A stretch of DNA of 64,000 nucleotides from Candidatus Cloacimonadales bacterium (GTDB lineage Bacteria > Cloacimonadota > Cloacimonadia > Cloacimonadales > DAONDQ01): NCBI GenBank assembly GCA_963662275.1, contig OY759316.1, forward strand, positions 1 through 64,000, written 5' to 3'. Under the pieces are notes generated by a model that was given only the letters and a program-made list of their open reading frames with translations, made no database searches and had not been told where the DNA came from. The position numbers were made by a program, and so were the translations under genes. How positions within the stretch are numbered: the stretch's first letter is position 1; every line of letters starts with the position of its first letter. Positions 19,360 through 29,367 of the stretch are shown piece after piece.

Positions 19360-20574
19360 ATGCTAATTTTGATTCTGGCAACTGTCCTTTTAGTTTTGAA
19401 TTGGACAATTGAATATATCCGTCATTATTACAAAGTTAAATCGATTCCGATACGAATCCATGTGAATGGAACACGTGGAAAATCTAGTGTTACGCGATTA
19501 ATTGCGGCAGGTTTGAGAGCAGGAAATATCTCAACTATCGCAAAAACAACAGGTACGATGCCTCGAGTAATCATGGTAGATGGAACAGAAGCATCAATTG
19601 AAAGACTTATGGGTGCTAATATTATCGAGCAGAAATATATCTTTCGCTTTGCGGCTGCCTGTAAACCAAAAGCAATTGTAATCGAATGTATGGCTGTGAA
19701 TCCCATCTATCAATGGATAACAGAACGGATGTTCGTGAAATCCACTATCTCTGTCATGACTAATTGTCGTGCTGACCATATGGATCTGATGGGTTCCACG
19801 GTACAAAGTGTTACCATGAGCCTGAGTAATACAATACCGGAAAATGGTGTTTGCTATACGGCAGAAGCAGATCATTTCTCTATACTAAAAAAAGTAGCCG
19901 AACAACGTAACACTCAAATCATCCAAGTTCATCCCAAAGATATTACTGCTGAAGAATTGCATCATTTTCATTACATCGAGCATGCTGAAAATCTTCAATT
20001 AGCTCTTGCTGTCTGTGAGGATGTCGGAGTTCCACGCAATATTGCCTTGAAGGGAATGCAGGATGCTCATCCAGATCCGGGAGCATTAAAAAAATACGTG
20101 ATTCATGAACGCAAAAAGAAACTTTTCTTTTACAATGTTTTTGCTGCCAATGACCCAGATTCCACAGGTATGATCTGGAAGACAATCACCGGGCATTTGC
20201 AAAGTGTAGAAAAAATCATTATTCTGAATGGTCGTGCGGATCGTTTTTTTCGTTCTGAGCAATTAGTCGATGCTTGTACGCAACTTGATTTTTCTTTTCT
20301 TATCCTAACAGGAGAATTATCTGATAAAGCCATGTCTTACGGTATTCATAAAGGAATTCCTAAGGAAAAGATGTTTGCCTTTGGTGAAATGGAGCCTGCA
20401 GAATTATATGAAAAGCTCTTTGCCCTGACAGATAAGGAAGCTCACATAGTGGGTATCGGAAATATAGCAGGTAGAATCAAATACGGAGCACACATTGTTA
20501 AGTACTTCAAAAAACGTTCATTGGAGACATTGAATGCAAAAGAAAAGGCTAAAGAAGATATCTTTCCCGAATAA
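19360..20574 (+). CDS. pgsB: Poly-gamma-glutamate synthase PgsB/CapB
   Basis: RIHVNGTRGKSSVTRLIAAGLR, KTTG, ECMAV, DHMD, FAANDPDST. Confidence 0.92.
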   Translation: MLILILATVLLVLNWTIEYIRHYYKVKSIPIRIHVNGTRGKSSVTRLIAAGLRAGNISTIAKTTGTMPRVIMVDGTEASIERLMGANIIEQKYIFRFAAACKPKAIVIECMAVNPIYQWITERMFVKSTISVMTNCRADHMDLMGSTVQSVTMSLSNTIPENGVCYTAEADHFSILKKVAEQRNTQIIQVHPKDITAEELHHFHYIEHAENLQLALAVCEDVGVPRNIALKGMQDAHPDPGALKKYVIHERKKKLFFYNVFAANDPDSTGMIWKTITGHLQSVEKIIILNGRADRFFRSEQLVDACTQLDFSFLILTGELSDKAMSYGIHKGIPKEKMFAFGEMEPAELYEKLFALTDKEAHIVGIGNIAGRIKYGAHIVKYFKKRSLETLNAKEKAKEDIFPE

Positions 20575-20619
20575 TAAAAAGTAAAAATAAATTCATAGAT
20601 GTCAGTTAGGAGGTCTTGA

Positions 20620-21075
20620 GTGGTCGAAGCTGCAGTCGGATTAGGTGTAATCCTAAGTTTAATATTCACAGAATTACTTGGCGCAGCAGCCGGAGGAATT
20701 GTTGTTCCCGGTTACATAGCCATGTACTTGGATCATCCTCGTCAGATTTTAGGTACTTTACTTGTTAGTTTACTTACCTGGGGGTGTATCCGAGTCATTG
20801 GCAAATTTACACTTCTCTTTGGAAAAAGACGTATGGTACTAAGTATACTGATAGGTTTTATCATAGGTTGGGCGTCTCGTAACCTGATCTGGAATAATAT
20901 CACTGTTTATGATCTTCAATTACAATCCATCGGTTATATTATCCCTGGTTTGATTGCAAATTGGTTTGAACGACAGGGAATTATTAAGACCATAGCAACC
21001 ATGATGATTGCTGCCGTCATAGTGCGCCTGATTCTGATGGTCATTGCCGGTGGGGAGGTAAACTTCAATGTATAA
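20620..21075 (+). CDS. pgsC: Poly-gamma-glutamate biosynthesis protein PgsC/CapC
   Basis: GGIVVPGYIA, LFGKRR, IGYIIPGLIAN; AGGAGG SD. Confidence 0.92.
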   Translation: MVEAAVGLGVILSLIFTELLGAAAGGIVVPGYIAMYLDHPRQILGTLLVSLLTWGCIRVIGKFTLLFGKRRMVLSILIGFIIGWASRNLIWNNITVYDLQLQSIGYIIPGLIANWFERQGIIKTIATMMIAAVIVRLILMVIAGGEVNFNV

Positions 21076-22189
21076 ACCTTCATTAAAATCTAACTGGTCA
21101 CTGGTTCTCCTCGGATTTTTGAGTCTCTTCGTTTTCTATATTGCTCAGACAAGCTATAAAAATACACAAGCTGATTATTATGTGGAGAAATTACAGGCAG
21201 CTCAGAAAATGAGCGACTATATGCAAGCGTTAAAAAGTGCATACAGTGCAACAGGTAATAACTTTGATATCCTTGATGATCCTATGCAAACGGGATTGAT
21301 CGGCTCCAAGATAAGTACGATTACTTCCAGCAAAGCGTTACTTTCGGAAAAACAGACGGCACTTGATCCAAACCTAGCAGCAGTATTCATCCAATTACTT
21401 AAGGATGCACATGTGAAAGAAGGAAATTATGTTGCTGTTGGTTTGACTGGTTCAAATCCGGGGATGAATCTTGCATTATATGCTGCAATGTCCGTTTTAA
21501 AAGTCAAACCCATCATTATGACCTCATTAAGTTCATCCATGTATGGTGCTAATTATACAAATTTTACTTGGCTGGATATGGAAAAAGTACTTAAAGATAA
21601 GGGAATGATAGATTTTGCTTCAAGCTATGTCTCTCTTGGTGGAAAGGATGACTTAGCCATAGGATTATCCGAAACAGGTATTGCAGATTTGAACAAAGCG
21701 ATAGAACGTAATCAGGTGAAACTTATCAAGGGAACTAGCCTGGAAGATAACATCCAACTACATATGAACAGATATTATGAGCTTCTTCCCAAAGGTAGAC
21801 GTTATCACTTGTTTGTTAATATTGGTTCCGGACTTGTCAATATAGGAAGTGGCGTGAATGCGAAACTTGTCAAGGAAGGTATAAACAAGAAGCTGGCTGA
21901 AAAGAACTTTGCCCTCCCTGGTGTGATGATGCTTTTTGCAAAAAAGAACATCCCTGTTCTGCATGAATTGAGAATTCTCAGATTAGCACAAACCTATCAA
22001 TTGCAGATATCTCCTGAAAAGATGCCTAAGATTGGCGAAGGTATCATTTTCGGTACGAAAGTCCATAACGCGAAAGTTTCCTTGATTTGCCTCCTTGTAT
22101 TACTTGCGGCAATCATCACAGTAATACTTTTTGATCGTTCAGACAGGCATTTCATGTCCAATATTGTTGACCCTGATGAGGAGTTATAA
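21068..22189 (+). CDS. pgsW: Poly-gamma-glutamate system protein (PgsW-like)
   Basis: TGLIG..STITS, TGSNPGMN, SSSMYGAN, SLGGKDD; N- and C-terminal TM helices; overlaps pgsC. Confidence 0.75.
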   Translation: MYKPSLKSNWSLVLLGFLSLFVFYIAQTSYKNTQADYYVEKLQAAQKMSDYMQALKSAYSATGNNFDILDDPMQTGLIGSKISTITSSKALLSEKQTALDPNLAAVFIQLLKDAHVKEGNYVAVGLTGSNPGMNLALYAAMSVLKVKPIIMTSLSSSMYGANYTNFTWLDMEKVLKDKGMIDFASSYVSLGGKDDLAIGLSETGIADLNKAIERNQVKLIKGTSLEDNIQLHMNRYYELLPKGRRYHLFVNIGSGLVNIGSGVNAKLVKEGINKKLAEKNFALPGVMMLFAKKNIPVLHELRILRLAQTYQLQISPEKMPKIGEGIIFGTKVHNAKVSLICLLVLLAAIITVILFDRSDRHFMSNIVDPDEEL

Positions 22190-23055
22190 TGAAACTTAGC
22201 GTTCAAATACATACAAGGAGACTCCTGTTTATTGTCATTTTCCTATCCCTGATGATGGTTTTAACCGCAGCACAGTATATGCAATGGAAGCCAACTGCAA
22301 TGAGTAAAGATGCCCCAAAAGGGAGTCTCTACGGAACTAAAAGAGTACTCGTTGAAGGGAAATCCCATATTTTTTATTATCGTTCTTTACCTGGTAAACC
22401 CTTGGATATAGGGACTATTGAACAAGCGAAACTTCGAATTAGTGTGTTTTCTAAAAAGGATAGCCTCAAATTCAAATATACAGTTATCATCGATAAAGAA
22501 AAAAAGGAATTCACTGTTAATTATCAAAGAAAAGCAGGTAATTATTTTTGTTATGAGGATATCTATTTGAATTTGCTACCAGGACCACATAGAGTAATGA
22601 TCAACACCTCAAACAGGAATGTCTATTTCCGGGCGTTTTATCCGAAATTCAAAAAGATCTATCCTCCTCTCTCACTTGCAAAGCCATCCATAGCAATAGA
22701 CACTGTTCATCTCAATAAAGGGACAACTTCAAAAACCTATTATATTGCCACAACAAATAAACCCTATCAGACGATTGTGGATGATAAACACACTTTATAT
22801 GGATATGCTCGTGCTACTTTTATGAATAAATCTCCTTCTTCCTTTGAAATATACAGGAATGGTGCTTTACTCAAGAAAATCGATCTCTCTGTTAAGAAAA
22901 CTAAGTTATACCGAAACACGAGATACCAGAACCTCACTATTGGAAAGAAATTTGAAATTCCATTGGTTACAGGCAAGAATGTGATCATTTTGAAGCCTGT
23001 GGGAACCAATCCTGTGATATTCCGCATCTTCAAGGAAAGAAAGGTACATCCATGA
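22189..23055 (+). CDS. Exported basic hypothetical protein with two similar beta-rich halves
   Basis: Signal peptide; TAATG coupling to pgsW. Confidence 0.7.
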   Translation: MKLSVQIHTRRLLFIVIFLSLMMVLTAAQYMQWKPTAMSKDAPKGSLYGTKRVLVEGKSHIFYYRSLPGKPLDIGTIEQAKLRISVFSKKDSLKFKYTVIIDKEKKEFTVNYQRKAGNYFCYEDIYLNLLPGPHRVMINTSNRNVYFRAFYPKFKKIYPPLSLAKPSIAIDTVHLNKGTTSKTYYIATTNKPYQTIVDDKHTLYGYARATFMNKSPSSFEIYRNGALLKKIDLSVKKTKLYRNTRYQNLTIGKKFEIPLVTGKNVIILKPVGTNPVIFRIFKERKVHP

Positions 23056-24077
23056 AATCCGCCATCTTAGCTATTTTGATTTTATTGATATTCATTCCGA
23101 TCCATGCAAGACTATCTCTCGTCCTATCATCAGATTTCACCTATGATAGTAATGTTTTTCAGCTTTCCCCCTATGATAGCGATCGTTTCCAAGATGGGGA
23201 ACCGACTCTTTCGTATATTGAATCAAAGGATGATGTTATATGGGGATCATCCTTAAAAATGCAATATCAGTATAACATCAACCATTTGAAAATCAGACCT
23301 AGTATCAAAGTTGCTGCAAATCGCTTCATGAGTAATGTCGATAAATCAAATGAGAATATCCTAGGAACAATGACAATTCTGCACTCCAGTAGTGAATTGA
23401 ACCTTGCTTACGGTTATTATCCTGATAATTACCTGCGGAAGTATAATTACAAGGACAATGGTCAATATACCGGAATTTATGAAAAATTCACCTATGATAA
23501 AAATCTATATAAAGCAGATGCTTATCTTTCAGTCATGAAACATGAATCGCTTTACCTGTATTTAAAATCAGAACCATATTATTATAACAAGTTCTTTACC
23601 GAGTATGATGGAACTGCAACCACGACTGGATTAGGATGGAAACATTCCAATCCCCAGGTTTCCTTTGATGCCATCTACTTCTTCAGGATATTTGACTGTG
23701 ATACCAATACGGATGCTTCTGGTGTAACAGGAGATGCCTCCTATGAAAGTAACATCTATGCATTTAGTATAATGTGGAAGAATTGGAAACCACAAATTTC
23801 TTCTCATCAAATGAATCTCCGACCTTCGATTAAGCTGAACTTGGAAGACCGTTATTATCAAGGTAATGATACTAATCATAGCGGTCGGAAAGACACCATT
23901 ATTGATTTGGGAGCTGGTTTATTAGTTCCTGTTCAAAAAAATCTCGACTTTAGCCTTGACTTTTCCCATACAATGCGCAATATAAGTTCAAATGTCTTGA
24001 GTGTTCCAAAATATAAGGAATATACTGAAGACACTATCTCTGTAGGTTTCAGTTATTCAATAAACTTAATGCGCTAG
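23052..24077 (+). CDS. Putative outer-membrane beta-barrel protein
   Basis: Signal peptide, N-terminal YDSNVF, Tyr-rich strands, C-terminal ISVGFSYSI; ATGA coupling. Confidence 0.7.
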   Translation: MKSAILAILILLIFIPIHARLSLVLSSDFTYDSNVFQLSPYDSDRFQDGEPTLSYIESKDDVIWGSSLKMQYQYNINHLKIRPSIKVAANRFMSNVDKSNENILGTMTILHSSSELNLAYGYYPDNYLRKYNYKDNGQYTGIYEKFTYDKNLYKADAYLSVMKHESLYLYLKSEPYYYNKFFTEYDGTATTTGLGWKHSNPQVSFDAIYFFRIFDCDTNTDASGVTGDASYESNIYAFSIMWKNWKPQISSHQMNLRPSIKLNLEDRYYQGNDTNHSGRKDTIIDLGAGLLVPVQKNLDFSLDFSHTMRNISSNVLSVPKYKEYTEDTISVGFSYSINLMR

Positions 24078-24090
24078 GGGGTAAAGTATT

Positions 24091-24417
24091 ATGATGCAGA
24101 AAGAAGCTTCGCGCGAGCGAGTACGTGAATTCCTTGATTTGGTAGACAATGACAAAATCGATTTGAGACGCTACTCTCGTCCAGTCTTAGTATACAAAGT
24201 TGAAGATGGGACAGTTCGCTATTCCATCTGGGAAGAAGATCTTCTCAATCGGTTTGGTTTACAATATGTAGATGGCTGGGATTACGAAGAAGATGAACTG
24301 TTTTGTCCGGATTGGGTACTCGGAGAACATGATGATCTAGAAGATTATGAAGACGATGATGATGACGATGATGATGACTTCAGTGATCTTGATGATTTCT
24401 GTGAACCTGGTAAATGA
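24091..24417 (+). CDS. Hypothetical protein with an Asp-rich tail
   Basis: 108-aa ORF with a poly-Asp tract. Confidence 0.65.
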   Translation: MMQKEASRERVREFLDLVDNDKIDLRRYSRPVLVYKVEDGTVRYSIWEEDLLNRFGLQYVDGWDYEEDELFCPDWVLGEHDDLEDYEDDDDDDDDDFSDLDDFCEPGK

Positions 24418-24470
24418 TTAATCTGTCCTTTGTTATTCTTGATATACAAACCCTATCTAGGTGATTAAGA

Positions 24471-24884
24471 ATGTCGCCTTTTGAAGCTATTAATTTTCCT
24501 AAGAAATATCCGGTTTCTGCTTCAGTCAAAATTGTTGTACTACTGCTTATTATATTTGGTATTTGGTTACGAGGATGTTATTATAGGCAGTTACCGAAAG
24601 AAATGATCATCAGTGAAGTCAGTATCAGCAATTTGACCACCCAGAGTGTGGATGTTAATTTTACTTTGGAAAATCGAAAAGGGGTGAATATGGATCAGAA
24701 TCTTTTTATTCAAATATTCACAACTGAGAATTATATGATTGCCAGTAAGATTGTGAAAGTCACTGTTCCTGCCGGTAAAAAACTGGGATACGTGAAAATA
24801 CTCGACAATCTGAATCGACCTCTAAACAAAGGTGAATCCATTCAAAAGGCAACTGTCGAATTATATCATCCGAAGCTATTCTAA
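24471..24884 (+). CDS. Membrane-anchored hypothetical protein
   Basis: One TM helix followed by a beta-rich domain; AGGTG SD. Confidence 0.65.
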   Translation: MSPFEAINFPKKYPVSASVKIVVLLLIIFGIWLRGCYYRQLPKEMIISEVSISNLTTQSVDVNFTLENRKGVNMDQNLFIQIFTTENYMIASKIVKVTVPAGKKLGYVKILDNLNRPLNKGESIQKATVELYHPKLF

Positions 24885-24956
24885 TCCTACCACCTTTTCT
24901 CATGGTGTATATCCTTCTTTAGCATATCTTATCTCTACTAGAGAAATGGAGAGATT

Positions 24957-27212
24957 ATGAAGCGAAAACGCCAAATTCCAATTGCCGGTATGCATTGCGC
25001 TGCCTGTAGCTTAAGGATAGAAAAAGCACTGGAAAGGAATCCTTCAATATTCATTGCCAGGGTCAATCTGGCAACAGAAGTTGCTACAATTGAATATGAT
25101 GATCAATCAATCAATAATGATGCTATAGATGCCATTATCCGTAAAATAGGGTATGATGTCAAACCTTCCATACCCGACCAGGAAAGGGAAGGAATCACGC
25201 TGCAAACAGCAAGAAGAAGACTCACTATTGCCTGGATATTTACTGGATTGATCATGTTGTGGATGATTCCTCATATGGTCTTCCATATCATGTTTGCCAG
25301 CCATACCGTCATGGAACTGGGGTTGATACTGCTAGCTCTCCCAGTTATTATATTCTGCGGATACCCTACTTTCAAAGGTGCATTCAGAACGGTCATACAT
25401 GGTTCAGCAGATATGGATGTATTGATTGCCACAGGTACCGGAGCTGCATTTATTACCGGACCCTTATCTTTCTTTATCCCTATCGCCAATTATTCTGCAA
25501 TATCCGCGATGATCCTGGCTTTTCAACTGACTGGGAAATACTTGGAAACCAGAGCAAAAGGAAAAGCTTCTTCAGCAATTCGGAAATTATTGGACTTGGG
25601 TGCTAAAACAGCCTTGATTGAGAAAGATGGGAAAGAGCTGGAAATACCCATTACAAAGGTCGAAATCGGAGATATTATGATCGTGAAGCCAGGAACGAAG
25701 ATACCTACCGATGGAATCGTTGTGGAGGGTGAATCCGGGGTTGATGAATCAATGGCTACAGGTGAATCCATGCCTGTTTTGAAGAAGAATGGTGAGAAAG
25801 TAATTGGGGCAACGATACTACTGAATGGTTTTCTGAAAGTAAAAGCCACAAGAATTGGAAAAGAGACATTTCTTGCTCAAGTAATACAAATGGTGGAAGA
25901 AGCCCAAACCTCTAAAGTACCAATACAAACTTTCGCTGATAAAGTAATTTCCATCTTCGTTCCGGTTATTCTTTGTATAGCAGTGCTGACTTTCCTTGCC
26001 TGGTTCATTTTCCCTGGTTCTATGAGAATGATTACAGATTTAGCGCAGCAGTTCCTACCGTGGGTTAATCCGAATTTGGGGAGATTGACAGGTGCAATTT
26101 ATGCCATGATCGCCGTCCTTGTTATTGCATGCCCCTGCGCCTTAGGTTTGGCTACTCCAACAGCACTGATGGTAGGTAGTGGAATGGGTGCTGAAAGAGG
26201 TGTGCTCATTCGTACCGGTGAAGCTCTGCAAACAATGAAAGATGTCCGGATGATCGTTTTCGATAAAACCGGGACATTAACATACGGAAAACCGGAATTA
26301 CTCTCGATTTTACCATTTAATCCCGGTGAAGAACTTCAGGTTATGGAAATAGCAGCAGGATTAGAATCCGTATCAGAGCATACTCTCGCTCATGCAGTAC
26401 TGCAAAAAGCAACAGAGATGAAAGTGGATTATGTCTCTCCTACAAATTTTGAAGCAATCCAGGGAAAAGGGATTATGGGAACGATTCGTGATATTGAGTA
26501 TTTTCTCGGCAACCGTAATTGGCTCATCGAAAATAAGATAGATACTCTCGATATGGATACAAACCCACTCATACATGCATACCCAGAAGCTACAACCCTA
26601 TACTTAGCTTCAAAAGATAAACTGGTAGGTGTTTTAATTGTGGCAGATAAAGTCAGGTCAGAAGCAGCAGAAGTTATTGCATGTTTGCATGAAATGGGAA
26701 TCCAAACTGCACTCTTGAGTGGCGATCTGAAAAAGACGGCAAATGCAATTGCCTTACGCCTTGGAATTGATAATGTTGATGCCGAAGTACTCCCTGGAGA
26801 GAAGGCTAAGATTGTACAGGCGTACAGGGAAAAGTACGGAATTGTAGCTATGATCGGTGATGGTATCAATGATGCTCCCGCTCTCAAACAGGCAGATATT
26901 GGTATTGCTATGGGTATGGGGACTGATATTGCCATAGAAACAGCAGATATCACACTGATCAGGAATCATTTGGAAAGCCTGATCATTGCAGTTAATCTTT
27001 CAAAAGAGACATTTATGAAAATCAAACAGAACCTATTCTGGGCTTTCTTCTATAATCTGATCGCTATTCCGCTTGCCATCATGGGGTTATTACATCCACT
27101 GATTGTGGAAGTCGCTATGGCTACAAGTTCTGTTTCTGTTGTTACCAATGCGAATTTACTACGTAAAAAGAATCTCTTGCCGTTGCAGAAGGGAACAGGT
27201 ACTAGGTTTTAA
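24957..27212 (+). CDS. copA: Copper-translocating P1B-type ATPase
   Basis: GMHCAAC HMA domain, TGES, CPC, DKTGT, GDGINDAP, YN and MATSS. Confidence 0.95.
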   Translation: MKRKRQIPIAGMHCAACSLRIEKALERNPSIFIARVNLATEVATIEYDDQSINNDAIDAIIRKIGYDVKPSIPDQEREGITLQTARRRLTIAWIFTGLIMLWMIPHMVFHIMFASHTVMELGLILLALPVIIFCGYPTFKGAFRTVIHGSADMDVLIATGTGAAFITGPLSFFIPIANYSAISAMILAFQLTGKYLETRAKGKASSAIRKLLDLGAKTALIEKDGKELEIPITKVEIGDIMIVKPGTKIPTDGIVVEGESGVDESMATGESMPVLKKNGEKVIGATILLNGFLKVKATRIGKETFLAQVIQMVEEAQTSKVPIQTFADKVISIFVPVILCIAVLTFLAWFIFPGSMRMITDLAQQFLPWVNPNLGRLTGAIYAMIAVLVIACPCALGLATPTALMVGSGMGAERGVLIRTGEALQTMKDVRMIVFDKTGTLTYGKPELLSILPFNPGEELQVMEIAAGLESVSEHTLAHAVLQKATEMKVDYVSPTNFEAIQGKGIMGTIRDIEYFLGNRNWLIENKIDTLDMDTNPLIHAYPEATTLYLASKDKLVGVLIVADKVRSEAAEVIACLHEMGIQTALLSGDLKKTANAIALRLGIDNVDAEVLPGEKAKIVQAYREKYGIVAMIGDGINDAPALKQADIGIAMGMGTDIAIETADITLIRNHLESLIIAVNLSKETFMKIKQNLFWAFFYNLIAIPLAIMGLLHPLIVEVAMATSSVSVVTNANLLRKKNLLPLQKGTGTRF

Positions 27213-27265
27213 GTGCTAGTGAGAAATAGATAAAAACTTATTTTGCTAAGAAAAAAGGAGAAATC

Positions 27266-27484
27266 ATGTTAAGACCCTATATGTTAAACGTGTCAGGAAT
27301 GAGTTGTGACAATTGCCGTATGGCAATAACCCAGGCATTACGAGAGCTTCCAAGCCTGGATGATGTGGAAGTGAATGTGGAAGTTAGTACCGCTAATTTC
27401 AAATTTGATGAAGACATCATAAAAATTGAAACCATTGTAGCAGCAATCGAAGAATTAGGATACGACGTAATTAGACCTATATGA
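27266..27484 (+). CDS. copZ: Copper chaperone (HMA domain)
   Basis: GMSCDNC, AIEELGY; next to copA. Confidence 0.88.
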   Translation: MLRPYMLNVSGMSCDNCRMAITQALRELPSLDDVEVNVEVSTANFKFDEDIIKIETIVAAIEELGYDVIRPI

Positions 27485-28707
27485 GCTGTAATAACCTGGA
27501 TTCGTTCATCAAATCGCATCTCCCTGTCGTTGTTCTCAAACCTGGAAGGGCATATCCCTTTATCCATAGGCATCCTTGGCTTTTTGCAGGTGCAATTCAT
27601 CATACGGAAGGTAAGCTTGAAGATGGAGATGAAGTAGTTGTGTGCAACTCTGAGGGTGTTTTTATTGCCTATGGGTTATTCAACTCCCAAAGCCAGATAC
27701 GTGTCAGGCTATACTCCTGGAATCAAATACAAACACTGGATGATTCATTCTGGAAGAATCTTGTTGAACAGGCTATCTCTCTTAGGGAAAAAATCCTTTT
27801 CAGTTCTGCTAAACAAGATTCCCTGCGTTTAATATCCAGTGAAGGAGACGGTCTTTCCGGAATTACTGTTGATTCATATGCTGGCTATCTTGTTGTGCAA
27901 TTCACCAGCCTTGCTTTATATAAAAAAAAGAAATTGTTCCTTTCCTTACTCCAAGATCAATGTCAGCCCAATGGTATATATCTTAGAACGGAGAAGGATA
28001 TTAAGGAAGAAGAAGGATTAGAGATTCGGGATGGACTTCTTTGCGGAAAAGAACCGGGAGAAGAGTTTCTGATCCATGAGAATGGCATTTCATACGAAGT
28101 AGTACTGCAAACAGGTCAAAAGACAGGTTTTTATCTCGATCAAAGAGAGAATCGCTTGAAAGTTCAGCAGTATGCAAAAAACCGAAAAGCCCTTGATATG
28201 TGTTGCTATACGGGTGGTTTTGCTTTAAATATGGCAAAAGCCGGAGCATCATCTGTTCTTGCAGTCGATGTTTCTGCTACCGCCTTGATCATAGCAGAAC
28301 GCAATGCAAAACGTAACGATTTTTCACAGGTTCAATTCATGAAAGGTGATGCATTCAAGACATTGGAACACTTACTGGAATCGGGAGAGAAATTTGATCT
28401 GATCGTTCTTGATCCACCTAAATTCAGTAGGAGCAAGACCGCCCATAAACAAGCATTAAATGGCTATCGTAGCTTGAATGAAATGGCAATGAAACTGTTG
28501 AATGCTAATGGAATCCTATTTACCTGCAGTTGTTCAGGACGTGTTAGTTGCGAAGAGTTTTCGCAAGTCTTGTTAGATGCAGCCAAGTCAGCTAATGTTA
28601 ATTTCCAGCTTCTTGAACAGCGCGGGGCAGCAGAAGATCATCCTATATCGATTTTTTGCCAGGAAAGTCAATACCTGAAATGCTTTATTGGAAGAGTAAC
28701 TAAGTAA
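27481..28707 (+). CDS. rlmI: RlmI-like rRNA m5C methyltransferase
   Basis: PUA-like HPWLF, GQKTGFYLDQRENR, YTGGF, DPPKF, CSCS. Confidence 0.85.
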   Translation: MSCNNLDSFIKSHLPVVVLKPGRAYPFIHRHPWLFAGAIHHTEGKLEDGDEVVVCNSEGVFIAYGLFNSQSQIRVRLYSWNQIQTLDDSFWKNLVEQAISLREKILFSSAKQDSLRLISSEGDGLSGITVDSYAGYLVVQFTSLALYKKKKLFLSLLQDQCQPNGIYLRTEKDIKEEEGLEIRDGLLCGKEPGEEFLIHENGISYEVVLQTGQKTGFYLDQRENRLKVQQYAKNRKALDMCCYTGGFALNMAKAGASSVLAVDVSATALIIAERNAKRNDFSQVQFMKGDAFKTLEHLLESGEKFDLIVLDPPKFSRSKTAHKQALNGYRSLNEMAMKLLNANGILFTCSCSGRVSCEEFSQVLLDAAKSANVNFQLLEQRGAAEDHPISIFCQESQYLKCFIGRVTK

Positions 28708-28761
28708 AGCAGGACACTGATCCTGCTATCTAATCTTGTAGGCATAAAAAAAGGAGATATT

Positions 28762-29244
28762 ATGAGAATATGTATTATTGTCCATTCTGCAGTAGGAACA
28801 ACTCTGAAATTTGCAAATATCATCAGTCAAAAACTGCAAAAAGAAGGTCACTCTGTTGATGTAGTCCAACTTAAAACAGATATTCCTGTGGTAGCAGGAT
28901 CAATCAGACAGCCTATGAATTTCAAGATTATCAATTTACCCGATGTTTCCACCTATGATATTATCCTGGCAGGTGGACCAGTCTGGGCCTTCTCTATTTC
29001 TACAGTGATCTACAAGTGTATCACAACTTTCTCGGATATGAAAGGAAAGAAATTTCTGCCTTTCGTTACTATGGGATTTTTTTTACCTGGTATGGGTGGT
29101 ACTAATGCTTTAAAGCTGATGAGTCAGGTTGCCAGGGATCTTGGTGCTGATGTCCTCCCTGGCGCTGTTGTCTGTAAAATGTTCCATAACATCGATCAGA
29201 TGATGGATAAGGAAGCGGATAAAATAGCTCGAATGCTGAAGTAA
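28762..29244 (+). CDS. Flavodoxin-like protein
   Basis: HSAVGTTLKFA, AGGPVWAF. Confidence 0.75.
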   Translation: MRICIIVHSAVGTTLKFANIISQKLQKEGHSVDVVQLKTDIPVVAGSIRQPMNFKIINLPDVSTYDIILAGGPVWAFSISTVIYKCITTFSDMKGKKFLPFVTMGFFLPGMGGTNALKLMSQVARDLGADVLPGAVVCKMFHNIDQMMDKEADKIARMLK

Positions 29245-29367
29245 TGAAGTAAAGATCAAGCAAAAAGCAGAGTAAAATATCTTAATCCATTCCAATATAC
29301 ATACTCTATCCTTTGAAAGTATTTGTATGTTTGACTTACTCTGTTTATGATATTTTATACTCTATAT

